The notes: a model not told the origin generated them from the letters alone. Positions 1-13,992 are shown, counted from the stretch's first letter. The stretch is DNA of 64,000 bases from Macrostomum hystrix (GCA_950097015.1 CATNEN010000033.1:5146001-5210000); one strand, 5' to 3'. Made by a program: numbers and translations.

Positions 1-3000
1 CCCTGATCCCCTCTCTGTTCCTCACCCTAATCCCCTCTAAGTTCCTCACCCTAATCCCCTCTCTGTTCCTCACCCTAATTCCCTCTCAGGTCCTCTCTCT
101 GATCCCCTCTAAGTTCCTCACCCTAATCCCCTCTCTGTTCCTCACCCTAATTCCCTCTCAGGTCCTCTCTCTGATCCCCTCTCTGTTCCTCTCTCTGATC
201 CCCTCTCTGTTCCTCTCCCTGATCCCCTCTCTGTTCCTCTCCCTGATCCCCTCTCTGTTCCTCTCTCTGATCCCCTCTCAGTTCCTCTCCCTGATCCCCT
301 CTCTGTTCCTCACCCTAATCCCCTCTCTGTTCCTCACCCTAATTCCCTCTCAGGTCCTCTCTCTGATCCCCTCTAAGTTCCTCACCCTAATCCCCTCTTT
401 GTTCCTCACCCTAATCCCCTCTCTGTTCCTCTCTCTGATCCCCTCTCTGTTCCTCTCCCTGATCCCCTCTCTGTTCCTCTCTCTGATCCCCTCTCTGTTC
501 CTCTCCCTGATCCCCTCTCTGTTCCTCTCTCTGATCCCCTCTCTGTTCCTCTCCCTGATCCCCTCTCTGTTCCTCTCTCTGATCCCCTCTCTGTTCCTCT
601 CTCTGATCCCCTCTCTGTTCCTCTCCCTGATCCCCTCTCTGTTCCTCTCCCTGATCCCCTCTCTGTTCCTCTCTCTGATCCCCTCTCAGTTCCTCTCCCT
701 GATCCCCTCTCTGTTCCTCACCCTAATCCCCTCTCAGTTCATCACCCTGATCCCCTCACAGTTCCTCACCTTAATTCCCTCTCTGTTCCTCACCCTGATC
801 CCCTCTCTGTTCCTCACCTTAATCCCCTCTCAGTTCCTGACCCTAATCCCCTCTCTGTTCCTCTCTCTGATCCCCTCTGTTCCTCTCCCTGATCCCCTCT
901 TTGTTCCTCTCCCTGATCCCCTCTCTGTTCCTCACCCTAATCCCCTCTCAGTTCCTCTCTCTGATCCCCTCTCAGTTCCTCACCCTAATCCTCTCTCAGT
1001 TCCTCACCCTGATCCCCTCACAGTTCCTCTCTCTGATCCCCTCTCAGTTCCTCACCCTAATCCCCTCTCTGTTCCTCACCCTGATCCCCTCTCAGTTCCT
1101 CACCCGAATCCCCTCTCTGTTCCTCACCCTGATCCCCTCTCAGTTCCTCACCCTAATCCCCTCTCTGTTCCTCACCCTAATCCTCTCTCAGTTCCTCACC
1201 CTGATCCCCTCTCAGTTCCTGACCCTAATCCCCTCTCTGTTCCTCTCTCTGATCCCCTCTGTTCCTCTCCCTGATCCCCTCTCTGTTCCTCACCCTAATC
1301 CCCTCTCTGTTCCTCACCCTGATCCCCTCTCAGTTCCTCACCTTAATTCCCTCTCTGTTCCTCACCCTGATCCCCTCTCAGTTCCTCACCTTAATCCCCT
1401 CTCTGTTCCTCACCCTAATCCTCTCTCAGTTCCTCACCCTGATCCCCTCTCAGTTCCTCACCTTAATTCCCTCTCTGTTCCTCACCCTGATCCCCTCTCT
1501 GTTCCTCACCCTGATCCCCTCTCTGTTCCTCTCCCTGATCCCCTCTCTGTTCCTCACCCTAATCCCCTCTAAGTTCCTCACCCTAATCCCCTCTCTGTTC
1601 CTCACCCTAATTCCCTCTCAGGTCCTCTCTCTGATCCCCTCTAAGTTCCTCACCCTAATCCCCTCTCTGTTCCTCACCCTAATTCCCTCTCAGGTCCTCT
1701 CTCTGATCCCCTCTAAGTTCCTCACCCTAATCCCCTCTTTGTTCCTCACCCTAATCCCCTCTCTGTTCCTCTCTCTGATCCCCTCTCTGTTCCTCTCCCT
1801 GATCCCCTCTCTGTTCCTCTCTCTGATCCCCTCTCTGTTCCTCTCCCTGATCCCCTCTCTGTTCCTATCTCTGATCCCCTCTCTGTTCCTCTCCCTGATC
1901 CCCTCTCTGTTCCTCTCCCTGATCCCCTCTCGGTTCCTCTCTCTGATCCCCTCTCTGTTCCTCTCCCTGATCCCCTCTCTGTTCCTCTCCCTGATCCCCT
2001 CTCTGTTTCTCTCTCTGATCCCCTCTCAGTTCCTCTCCCTGATCCCCTCTCTGTTCCTCACCCTAATCCCCTCTCAGTTCATCACCCTGATCCCCTCACA
2101 GTTCCTCACCTTAATTCCCTCTCTGTTCCTCTCCCTGATCCCCTCTCTGTTCCTCTCTCTGATCCCCTCTCTGTTCCTCTCCCTGATCCCCTCTCTGTTC
2201 CTCTCCCTGATCCCCTCTCGGTTCCTCTCTCTGATCCCCTCTCTGTTCCTCTCCCTGATCCCCTCTCTGTTCCTCTCCCTGATCCCCTCTCTGTTCCTCT
2301 CTCTGATCCCCTCTCAGTTCCTCTCCCTGATCCCCTCTCTGTTCCTCACCCTAATCCCCTCTCAGTTCATCACCCTGATCCCCTCACAGTTCCTCACCTT
2401 AATTCCCTCTCTGTTCCTCACCCTGATCCCCTCTCTGTTCCTCACCCTAATCCCCTCTCAGTTCCTGACCCTAATCCCCTCTCTGTTCCTCTCTCTGATC
2501 CCCTCTGTTCCTCTCCCTGATCCCCTCTCTGTTCCTCACCCTAATCCCCTCTCAGTTCCTCTCTCTGATCCCCTCTCAGTTCCTCACCCTAATCCTCTCT
2601 CAGTTCCTCACCCTGATCCCCTCACAGTTCCTCTCTCTGATCCCCTCTCAGTTCCTCACCCTAATCCCCTCTCTGTTCCTCACCCTGATCCCCTCTCAGT
2701 TCCTCACCCTAATCCCCTCTCTGTTCCTCACCCTGATCCCCTCTCAGTTCCTCACCCTAATCCCCTCTCTGTTCCTCACCCTAATCCTCTCTCAGTTCCT
2801 CACCCTGATCCCCTCTCAGTTCCTCACCTTAATTCCCTCTCTGTTCCTCACCCTGATCCCCTCTCAGTTCCTGACCCTAATCCCTTCTCTGTTCTTCTCT
2901 CTGATCCCCTCTGTTCCTCTCCCTGATCCCCTCTCTGTTCCTCACCCTAATCCTCTCTCAGTTCCTCACCCTGATCCCCTCTCAGTTCCTCACCTTAATC

Positions 3001-6000
3001 CCCTCTCTGTTCCTCACCCTAATCCTCTCTCAGTTCCTCACCCTGATCCCCTCTCAGTTCCTCACCTTAATTCCCTCTCTGTTCCTCACCCTGATCCCCT
3101 CTCTGTTTCTCACCCTGATCCCCTCTCTGTTCCTCTCCCTGATCCCCTCTCTGTTCCTCACCCTAATCCCCTCTAAGTTCCTCACCCTAATCCCCTCTCT
3201 GTTCCTCACCCTAATTCCCTCTCAGGTCCTCTCTCTGATCCCCTCTAAGTTCCTCACCCTAATCCCCTCTCTGTTCCTCACCCTAATTCCCTCTCAGGTC
3301 CTCTCTCTGATCCCCTCTAAGTTCCTCACCCTAATCCCCTCTTTGTTCCTCACCCTAATCCCCTCTCTGTTCCTCTCTCTGATCCCCTCTCTGTTCCTCT
3401 CCCTGATCCCCTCTCTGTTCCTCTCTCTGATCCCCTCTCTGTTTCTCTCCCTGATCCCCTCTCTGTTCCTCTCTCTGATCCCCTCTCTGTTCCTCTCCCT
3501 GATCCCCTCTCTGATCCTCTCTCTGATCCCCTCTCTGTTCCTCTCTCTGATCCCCTCTCTGTTCCTCTCCCTGATCCCCTCTCTGTTCCTCTCCCTGATC
3601 CCCTCTCTGTTCCTCTCTCTGATCCCCTCTCAGTTCCTCTCCCTGATCCCCTCTCTGTTCCTCACCCTAATCCCCTCTCAGTTCATCACCCTGATCCCCT
3701 CACAGTTCCTCACCTTAATTCCCTCTCTGTTCCTCACCCTGATCCCCTCTCTGTTCCTCACCCTAATCCCCTCTCTGTTCCTCTCTCTGATCCCCTCTGT
3801 TCCTCTCCCTGATCCCCTCTCTGTTCCTCTCCCTGATCCCCTCTCTGTTCCTCACCCTAATCCCCTCTCAGTTCCTCTCTCTGATCCCCTCTCAGTTCCT
3901 CACCCTAATCCTCTCTCAGTTCCTCACCCTGATCCCCTCACAGTTCCTCTCTCTGATCCCCTCTCAGTTCCTCACCCTAATCCCCTCTCTGTTCCTCACC
4001 CTGATCCCCTCTCAGTTCCTCACCCTAATCCCCTCTCTGTTCCTCACCCTGATCCCCTCTCAGTTCCTCACCCTAATCCCCTCTCTGTTCCTCACCCTAA
4101 TCCTCTCTCAGTTCCTCACCCTGATCCCCTCTCAGTTCCTCACCTTAATTCCCTCTCTGTTCCTCACCCTGATCCCCTCTCAGTTCCTGACCCTAATCCC
4201 CTCTCTGTTCCTCTCTCTGATCCCCTCTGTTCCTCTCCCTGATCCCCTCTCTTTTCCTCACCCTAATCCCCTCTCTGTTCCTCACCCTGATCCCCTCTCA
4301 GTTCCTCACCTTAATTCCCTCTCTGTTCCTCACCCTGATCCCCTCTCAGTTCCTCACCTTAATCCCCTCTCTGTTCCTCACCCTAATCCTCTCTCAGTTC
4401 CTCACCCTGATCCCCTCTCAGTTCCTCACCTTAATTCCCTCTCTGTTTCTCACCCTGATCCCCTCTCTGTTCCTCACCCTGATCCCCTCTCTGTTCCTCT
4501 CCCTGATCCCCTCTCTGTTCCTCTCCCTGATCCCCTCTCGGTTCCTCTCTCTGATCCCCTCTCTGTTCCTCTCCCTGATCCCCTCTCTGTTCCTCTCCCT
4601 GATCCCCTCTCTGTTCCTCTCTCTGATCCCCTCTCAGTTCCTCTCCCTGATCCCCTCTCTGTTCCTCACCCTAATCCCCTCTCAGTTCATCACCCTGATC
4701 CCCTCACAGTTCCTCACCTTAATTCCCTCTCTGTTCCTCACCCTGATCCCCTCTCTGTTCCTCACCCTAATCCCCTCTCAGTTCCTGACACTAATCCCCT
4801 CTCTGTTCCTCTCTCTGATCCCCTCTGTTCCTCTCCCTGATCCCCTCTCTGTTCCTCTCCCTGATCCCCTCTCTGTTCCTCACCCTAATCCCCTCTCAGT
4901 TCCTCTCTCTGATCCCCTCTCAGTTCCTCACCCTAATCCTCTCTCAGTTCCTCACCCTGATCCCCTCTCAGTTCCTCACCTTAATCCCCTCTCTGTTCCT
5001 CACCCTAATCCTCTCTCAGTTCCTCACCCTGATCCCCTCTCAGTTCCTCACCTTAATTCCCTCTCTGTTCCTCACCCTGATCCCCTCTCTGTTCCTCACC
5101 CTGATCCCCTCTCTGTTCCTCTCCCTGATCCCCTCTCTGTTCCTCACCCTAATCCCCTCTAAGTTCCTCACCCTAATCCCCTCTCTGTTCCTCACCCTAA
5201 TTCCCTCTCAGGTCCTCTCTCTGATCCCCTCTAAGTTCCTCACCCTAATCCCCTCTCTGTTCCTCACCCTAATTCCCTCTCAGGTCCTCTCTCTGATCCC
5301 CTCTCTGTTCCTCTCTCTGATCCCCTCTCTGTTCCTCTCCCTGATCCCCTCTCTGTTCCTCTCCCTGATCCCCTCTCTGTTCCTCTCTCTGATCCCCTCT
5401 CAGTTCCTCTCCCTGATCCCCTCTCTGTTCCTCACCCTAATCCCCTCTCTGTTCCTCACCCTAATTCCCTCTCAGGTCCTCTCTCTGATCCCCTCTAAGT
5501 TCCTCACCCTAATCCCCTCTTTGTTCCTCACCCTAATCCCCTCTCTGTTCCTCTCTCTGATCCCCTCTCTGTTCCTCTCCCTGATCCCCTCTCTGTTCCT
5601 CTCTCTGATCCCCTCTCTGTTCCTCTCCCTGATCCCCTCTCTGTTCCTCTCTCTGATCCCCTCTCTGTTCCTCTCCCTGATCCCCTCTCTGTTCCTCTCT
5701 CTGATCCCCTCTCTGTTCCTCTCTCTGATCCCCTCTCTGTTCCTGTCCCTGATCCCCTCTCTGTTCCTCTCCCTGATCCCCTCTCTGTTCCTCTCTCTGA
5801 TCCCCTCTCAGTTCCTCTCCCTGATCCCCTCTCTGTTCCTCACCCTAATCCCCTCTCAGTTCATCACCCTGATCCCCTCACAGTTCCTCACCTTAATTCC
5901 CTCTCTGTTCCTCACCCTGATCCCCTCTCTGTTCCTCACCTTAATCCCCTCTCAGTTCCTGACCCTAATCCCCTCTCTGTTCCTCTCTCTGATCCCCTCT

Positions 6001-9000
6001 GTTCCTCTCCCTGATCCCCTCTCTGTTCCTCTCCCTGATCCCCTCTCTGTTCCTCACCCTAATCCCCTCTCAGTTCCTCTCTCTGATCCCCTCTCAGTTC
6101 CTCACCCTAATCCTCTCTCAGTTCCTCACCCTGATCCCCTCACAGTTCCTCTCTCTGATCCCCTCTCAGTTCCTCACCCTAATCCCCTCTCTGTTCCTCA
6201 CCCTGATCCCCTCTCAGTTCCTCACCCGAATCCCCTCTCTGTTCCTCACCCTGATCCCCTCTCAGTTCCTCACCCTAATCCCCTCTCTGTTCCTCACCCT
6301 AATCCTCTCTCAGTTCCTCACCCTGATCCCCTCTCAGTTCCTCACCTTAATTCCCTCTCTGTTCCTCACCCTGATCCCCTCTCAGTTCCTGACCCTAATC
6401 CCCTCTCTGTTCCTCTCTCTGATCCCCTCTGTTCCTCTCCCTGATCCCCTCTCTGTTCCTCACCCTAATCCCCTCTCTGTTCCTCACCCTGATCCCCTCT
6501 CAGTTCCTCACCTTAATTCCCTCTCTGTTCCTCACCCTGATCCCCTCTCAGTTCCTCACCTTAATCCCCTCTCTGTTCCTCACCCTAATCCTCTCTCAGT
6601 TCCTCACCCTGATCCCCTCTCAGTTCCTCACCTTAATTCCCTCTCTGTTCCTCACCCTGATCCCCTCTCTGTTCCTCACCCTGATCCCCTCTCTGTTCCT
6701 CTCCCTGATCCCCTCTCTGTTCCTCACCCTAATCCCCTCTAAGTTCCTCACCCTAATCCCCTCTCTGTTCCTCACCCTAATTCCCTCTCAGGTCCTCTCT
6801 CTGATCCCCTCTAAGTTCCTCACCCTAATCCCCTCTCTGTTCCTCACCCTAATTCCCTCTCAGGTCCTCTCTCTGATCCCCTCTCTGTTCCTCTCTCTGA
6901 TCCCCTCTCTGTTCCTCTCCCTGATCCCCTCTCTGTTCCTCTCCCTGATCCCCTCTCTGTTCCTCTCTCTGATCCCCTCTCAGTTCCTCTCCCTGATCCC
7001 CTCTCTGTTCCTCACCCTAATCCCCTCTCTGTTCCTCACCCTAATTCCCTCTCAGGTCCTCTCTCTGATCCCCTCTAAGTTCCTCACCCTAATCCCCTCT
7101 TTGTTCCTCACCCTAATCCCCTCTCTGTTCCTCTCTCTGATCCCCTCTCTGTTCCTCTCCCTGATCCCCTCTCTGTTCCTCTCTCTGATCCCCTCTCTGT
7201 TCCTCTCCCTGATCCCCTCTCTGTTCCTCTCTCTGATCCCCTCTCTGTTCCTCTCCCTGATCCCCTCTCTGTTCCTCTCTCTGATCCCCTCTCTGTTCCT
7301 CTCTCTGATCCCCTCTCTGTTCCTCTCCCTGATCCCCTCTCTGTTCCTCTCCCTGATCCCCTCTCTGTTCCTCTCTCTGATCCCCTCTCAGTTCCTCTCC
7401 CTGATCCCCTCTCTGTTCCTCACCCTAATCCCCTCTCAGTTCATCACCCTGATCCCCTCACAGTTCCTCACCTTAATTCCCTCTCTGTTCCTCACCCTGA
7501 TCCCCTCTCTGTTCCTCACCTTAATCCCCTCTCAGTTCCTGACCCTAATCCCCTCTCTGTTCCTCTCTCTGATCCCCTCTGTTCCTCTCCCTGATCCCCT
7601 CTCTGTTCCTCTCCCTGATCCCCTCTCTGTTCCTCACCCTAATCCCCTCTCAGTTCCTCTCTCTGATCCCCTCTCAGTTCCTCACCCTAATCCTCTCTCA
7701 GTTCCTCACCCTGATCCCCTCACAGTTCCTCTCTCTGATCCCCTCTCAGTTCCTCACCCTAATCCCCTCTCTGTTCCTCACCCTGATCCCCTCTCAGTTC
7801 CTCACCCGAATCCCCTCTCTGTTCCTCACCCTGATCCCCTCTCAGTTCCTCACCCTAATCCCCTCTCTGTTCCTCACCCTAATCCTCTCTCAGTTCCTCA
7901 CCCTGATCCCCTCTCAGTTCCTCACCTTAATTCCCTCTCTGTTCCTCACCCTGATCCCCTCTCAGTTCCTGACCCTAATCCCCTCTCTGTTCCTCTCTCT
8001 GATCCCCTCTGTTCCTCTCCCTGATCCCCTCTCTGTTCCTCACCCTAATCCCCTCTCTGTTCCTCACCCTGATCCCCTCTCAGTTCCTCACCTTAATTCC
8101 CTCTCTGTTCCTCACCCTGATCCCCTCTCAGTTCCTCACCTTAATCCCCTCTCTGTTCCTCACCCTAATCCTCTCTCAGTTCCTCACCCTGATCCCCTCT
8201 CAGTTCCTCACCTTAATTCCCTCTCTGTTCCTCACCCTGATCCCCTCTCTGTTCCTCACCCTGATCCCCTCTCTGTTCCTCTCCCTGATCCCCTCTCTGT
8301 TCCTCACCCTAATCCCCTCTAAGTTCCTCACCCTAATCCCCTCTCTGTTCCTCACCCTAATTCCCTCTCAGGTCCTCTCTCTGATCCCCTCTAAGTTCCT
8401 CACCCTAATCCCCTCTCTGTTCCTCACCCTAATTCCCTCTCAGGTCCTCTCTCTGATCCCCTCTCTGTTCCTCTCTCTGATCCCCTCTCTGTTCCTCTCC
8501 CTGATCCCCTCTCTGTTCCTCTCCCTGATCCCCTCTCTGTTCCTCTCTCTGATCCCCTCTCAGTTCCTCTCCCTGATCCCCTCTCTGTTCCTCACCCTAA
8601 TCCCCTCTCTGTTCCTCACCCTAATTCCCTCTCAGGTCCTCTCTCTGATCCCCTCTAAGTTCCTCACCCTAATCCCCTCTTTGTTCCTCACCCTAATCCC
8701 CTCTCTGTTCCTCTCTCTGATCCCCTCTCAGTTCCTCTCCCTGATCCCCTCTCTGTTCCTCACCCTAATCCCCTCTCAGTTCATCACCCTGATCCCCTCA
8801 CAGTTCCTCACCTTAATTCCCTCTCTGTTCCTCTCCCTGATCCCCTCTCTGTTCCTCTCTCTGATCCCCTCTCTGTTCCTCTCCCTGATCCCCTCTCTGT
8901 TCCTCTCCCTGATCCCCTCTCGGTTCCTCTCTCTGATCCCCTCTCTGTTCCTCTCCCTGATCCCCTCTCTGTTCCTCTCCCTGATCCCCTCTCTGTTCCT

Positions 9001-12000
9001 CTCTCTGATCCCCTCTCAGTTCCTCTCCCTGATCCCCTCTCTGTTCCTCACCCTAATCCCCTCTCAGTTCATCACCCTGATCCCCTCACAGTTCCTCACC
9101 TTAATTCCCTCTCTGTTCCTCACCCTGATCCCCTCTCTGTTCCTCACCCTAATCCCCTCTCAGTTCCTGACCCTAATCCCCTCTCTGTTCCTCTCTCTGA
9201 TCCCCTCTGTTCCTCTCCCTGATCCCCTCTCTGTTCCTCACCCTAATCCCCTCTCAGTTCCTCTCTCTGATCCCCTCTCAGTTCCTCACCCTAATCCTCT
9301 CTCAGTTCCTCACCCTGATCCCCTCACAGTTCCTCTCTCTGATCCCCTCTCAGTTCCTCACCCTAATCCCCTCTCTGTTCCTCACCCTGATCCCCTCTCA
9401 GTTCCTCACCCTAATCCCCTCTCTGTTCCTCACCCTGATCCCCTCTCAGTTCCTCACCCTAATCCCCTCTCTGTTCCTCACCCTAATCCTCTCTCAGTTC
9501 CTCACCCTGATCCCCTCTCAGTTCCTCACCTTAATTCCCTCTCTGTTCCTCACCCTGATCCCCTCTCAGTTCCTGACCCTAATCCCTTCTCTGTTCTTCT
9601 CTCTTATCCCCTCTGTTCCTCTCCCTGATCCCCTCTCTGTTCCTCACCCTAATCCTCTCTCAGTTCCTCACCCTGATCCCCTCTCAGTTCCTCACCTTAA
9701 TCCCCTCTCTGTTCCTCACCCTAATCCTCTCTCAGTTCCTCACCCTGATCCCCTCTCAGTTCCTCACCTTAATTCCCTCTCTGTTCCTCACCCTGATCCC
9801 CTCTCTGTTTCTCACCCTGATCCCCTCTCTGTTCCTCTCCCTGATCCCCTCTCTGTTCCTCACCCTAATCCCCTCTAAGTTCCTCACCCTAATCCCCTCT
9901 CTGTTCCTCACCCTAATTCCCTCTCAGGTCCTCTCTCTGATCCCCTCTAAGTTCCTCACCCTAATCCCCTCTCTGTTCCTCACCCTAATTCCCTCTCAGG
10001 TCCTCTCTCTGATCCCCTCTAAGTTCCTCACCCTAATCCCCTCTTTGTTCCTCACCCTAATCCCCTCTCTGTTCCTCTCTCTGATCCCCTCTCTGTTCCT
10101 CTCCCTGATCCCCTCTCTGTTCCTCTCTCTGATCCCCTCTCTGTTTCTCTCCCTGATCCCCTCTCTGTTCCTCTCTCTGATCCCCTCTCTGTTCCTCTCC
10201 CTGATCCCCTCTCTGATCCTCTCTCTGATCCCCTCTCTGTTCCTCTCTCTGATCCCCTCTCTGTTCCTCTCCCTGATCCCCTCTCTGTTCCTCTCCCTGA
10301 TCCCCTCTCTGTTCCTCTCTCTGATCCCCTCTCAGTTCCTCTCCCTGATCCCCTCTCTGTTCCTCACCCTAATCCCCTCTCAGTTCATCACCCTGATCCC
10401 CTCACAGTTCCTCACCTTAATTCCCTCTCTGTTCCTCACCCTGATCCCCTCTCTGTTCCTCACCCTAATCCCCTCTCTGTTCCTCTCTCTGATCCCCTCT
10501 GTTCCTCTCCCTGATCCCCTCTCTGTTCCTCTCCCTGATCCCCTCTCTGTTCCTCACCCTAATCCCCTCTCAGTTCCTCTCTCTGATCCCCTCTCAGTTC
10601 CTCACCCTAATCCTCTCTCAGTTCCTCACCCTGATCCCCTCACAGTTCCTCTCTCTGATCCCCTCTCAGTTCCTCACCCTAATCCCCTCTCTGTTCCTCA
10701 CCCTGATCCCCTCTCAGTTCCTCACCCTAATCCCCTCTCTGTTCCTCACCCTGATCCCCTCTCAGTTCCTCACCCTAATCCCCTCTCTGTTCCTCACCCT
10801 AATCCTCTCTCAGTTCCTCACCCTGATCCCCTCTCAGTTCCTCACCTTAATTCCCTCTCTGTTCCTCACCCTGATCCCCTCTCAGTTCCTGACCCTAATC
10901 CCCTCTCTGTTCCTCTCTCTGATCCCTCTGTTCCTCTCCCTGATCCCCTCTCTTTTCCTCACCCTAATCCCCTCTCTGTTCCTCACCCTGATCCCCTCTC
11001 AGTTCCTCACCTTAATTCCCTCTCTGTTCCTCACCCTGATCCCCTCTCAGTTTCCTCACCTTAATCCCCTCTCTGTTCCTCACCCTAATCCTCTCTCAGT
11101 TCCTCACCCTGATCCCCTCTCAGTTCCTCACCTTAATTCCCTCTCTGTTCCTCACCCTGATCCCCTCTCTGTTCCTCACCCTGATCCCCTCTCTGTTCCT
11201 CTCCCTGATCCCCTCTCTGTTCCTCTCCCTGATCCCCTCTCGGTTCCTCTCTCTGATCCCCTCTCTGTTCCTCTCCCTGATCCCCTCTCTGTTCCTCTCC
11301 CTGATCCCCTCTCTGTTCCTCTCTCTGATCCCCTCTCAGTTCCTCTCCCTGATCCCCTCTCTGTTCCTCACCCTAATCCCCTCTCAGTTCATCACCCTGA
11401 TCCCCTCACAGTTCCTCACCTTAATTCCCTCTCTGTTCCTCACCCTGATCCCCTCTCTGTTCCTCACCCTAATCCCCTCTCAGTTCCTGACCCTAATCCC
11501 CTCTCTGTTCCTCTCCCTGATCCCCTCTCTGTTCCTCTCCCTGATCCCCTCTCTGTTCCTCTCTCTGATCCCCTCTCAGTTCCTCTCCCTGATCCCCTCT
11601 CTGTTCCTCACCCTAATCCCCTCTCAGTTCATCACCCTGATCCCCTCACAGTTCCTCACCTTAATTCCCTCTCTGTTCCTCACCCTGATCCCCTCTCTGT
11701 TCCTCTCCCTGATCCCCTCTCTGTTCCTCTCCCTGATCCCCTCTCTGTTCCTCACCCTAATCCCCTCTCAGTTCCTCTCTCTGATCCCCTCTCAGTTCCT
11801 CACCCTAATCCTCTCTCAGTTCCTCACCCTGATCCCCTCACAGTTCCTCTCTCTGATCCCCTCTCAGTTCCTCACCCTAATCCCCTCTCTGTTCCTCACC
11901 CTGATCCCCTCTCAGTTCCTCACCCTAATCCCCTCTCTGTTCCTCACCCTGATCCCCTCTCAGTTCCTCACCCTAATCCCCTCTCTGTTCCTCACCCTAA

Positions 12001-13439
12001 TCCTCTCTCAGTTCCTCACCCTGATCCCCTCTCAGTTCCTCACCTTAATTCCCTCTCTGTTCCTCACCCTGATCCCCTCTCAGTTCCTGACCCTAATCCC
12101 TTCTCTGTTCTTCTCTCTGATCCCCTCTGTTCCTCTCCCTGATCCCCTCTCTGTTCCTCACCCTAATCCTCTCTCAGTTCCTCACCCTGATCCCCTCTCA
12201 GTTCCTCACCTTAATTCCCTCTCTGTTCCTCACCCTGATCCCCTCTCAGTTCCTCACCTTAATCCCCTCTCTGTTCCTCACCCTAATCCTCTCTCAGTTC
12301 CTCACCCTGATCCCATCTCAGTTCCTCACCTTAATTCCCTCTCTGTTCCTCACCCTGATCCCCTCTTAGTTCCTCACCTTAATTCCCTCTCAGTTCCTCA
12401 CCCTGATCCCCTCTCTGTTCCTCACCCTGATCCCCTCTCAGTTCCTCACCTTAATTCCCTCTCAGTTCCTCACCCTAAGCCCCTCTCTGTTCCTCTCCCT
12501 GATCCCCTCTCTGTTCCTCACCCTAATCCCCACTAAGTTCCTCACCCTAATCCCCTCTCTGTTCCTCACCCTAATTCCCTCTCAGGTCCTCTCTCTGATC
12601 CCCTCTAAGTTCCTCACCCTGATCCCCTCTCAGTTCCTCACCTTAATTCCCTCTCTGTTCCTCACCCTGATCCCCTCTCAGTTCCTCACCCTAATCCCCT
12701 CTCTGTTCCTCACCCTAATCCTCTCTCAGTTCCTCACCCTAATCCCCTCTCTGTTCCTCACCCTAATCCTCTCTCAGTTCCTCACCCTGATCCCCTCACA
12801 GTTCCTCACCTTAATTCCCTCTCAGTTCCTGACCCTAATCCCCTCTCTGTTCCTCTCTCTGATCCCCTTTAAGTTCCTCACCCTGATCCCCTCTCTGTTC
12901 CTCACCCTAATCCTCTCTCAGTTCCTCACCCTGATCCCCTCACAGTTCCTCACCTTAATTCCCTCTCAGTTCCTGACCCTAATCCCCTCTCTGTTCCTCT
13001 CTCTGATCCCCTCTAAGTTCCTCACCCTAATCCCCTCTCTGTTCCTCACCCTAATTCCCTCTCAGGTCCTCTCTCTGATCCCCTCTCAGTTCCTCACCCT
13101 AATCCCCTCTCTGTTCCTCACCCTAATCCCCTCTCTGTTCCTCTCTCTGATCCCCTCTCTGTTCCTCTCCCTGATCCCCTCTCTGTTCCTCACCCTAATC
13201 CCCTCTCAGTTCCTCACCCTAATCCTCTCTCAGTTCCTCACCCTGATCCCCTCACAGTTCCTCACCTTAATTCCCTCTCTGTTCCTCACCCTGATCCCCT
13301 CTCTGTTCCTCACCCTAATCCCCTCTCAGTTCCTCTCCCTAATTCCCTCTCAGTTCCTCACCCTAATTCCCTCTCAGTTCCTCACCCTAATCCCCTCTCA
13401 GTTCCTGACCCTAATCCCCTCTCTGTTGCTCTCCCTGAT
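1..13439. repeat. Satellite array, 24-bp monomer (approx. CCCTRATCCCCTCTCWGTTCCTCW) with occasional 22-bp monomers and higher-order repeats; continues past the window start
   Basis: Uninterrupted tandem monomers with the + strand almost purely pyrimidine. The TTTG variant recurs at 399, 1739, 3343, 5521, 7101, 8681 and 10045. The array ends abruptly near 13439 before unique sequence. Confidence 0.98.
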
Positions 13440-13828
13440 GTACTCAACTCAACTCAACTCAATGTATGTACTCACGGTGGCATTTCAAAGTACTCTTTGT
13501 CTTTGTACCTGCATGGGCATTGGTTAGTGTGAAGTGGAGATTGTCAACGAGCAATTAGTATAATAGCACTCCAAAACTCAATCATGTAATATAATATCAA
13601 CACTGACTTGTCACTTCTGGCTCCTACCAGCCTTGCCGCTGAATACGTGACATGAGTTGTATGTGTGTCAATTAGATTCTGCTAGCAATGAGAACAATGC
13701 ATTTCATGGCACCTTGAAGGAAGTACATGACTCAGCATGGCTAATAGGTCAGCTGACCCTCAACTGCACCTAGCAGCAGGGAGGGCATAATGTGCCTCAT
13801 CTCCCCTGTCTCATCCCTCACCTGTCGC

Positions 13829-13992
13829 ATCTCCCCCCAGTTGACAATCATCCCCCAGTTGACAATAATCCCCCAGTTAACAATGATCCCCCAGTTGACA
13901 ATCATCTCCCAGTTGACAATGATCCCCCAGTTAACAATGATCCCCCAGTTGACAATGATCCCCCAGTTGACAATGATCCCCCCAGTTGACAT
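13829..13992. repeat. 18-bp minisatellite (GATCCCCCAGTTGACAAT), about 9 copies
   Basis: Direct tandem copies; explains the IIVNWG-type repeat ORFs. Confidence 0.93.

Noticed and set aside
399-11064. Long ORFs (SLIPSLFL / VPHPDPLS repeats) in the satellite
   Set aside because: They arise from a stop-poor 24-bp monomer, start at TTG variants, switch pattern at 22-bp monomers and have no splice or domain support.
1-13439. A true telomere tract
   Set aside because: There are no contiguous (CCCTAA)n runs; the hexamer occurs singly within a 24-bp monomer.
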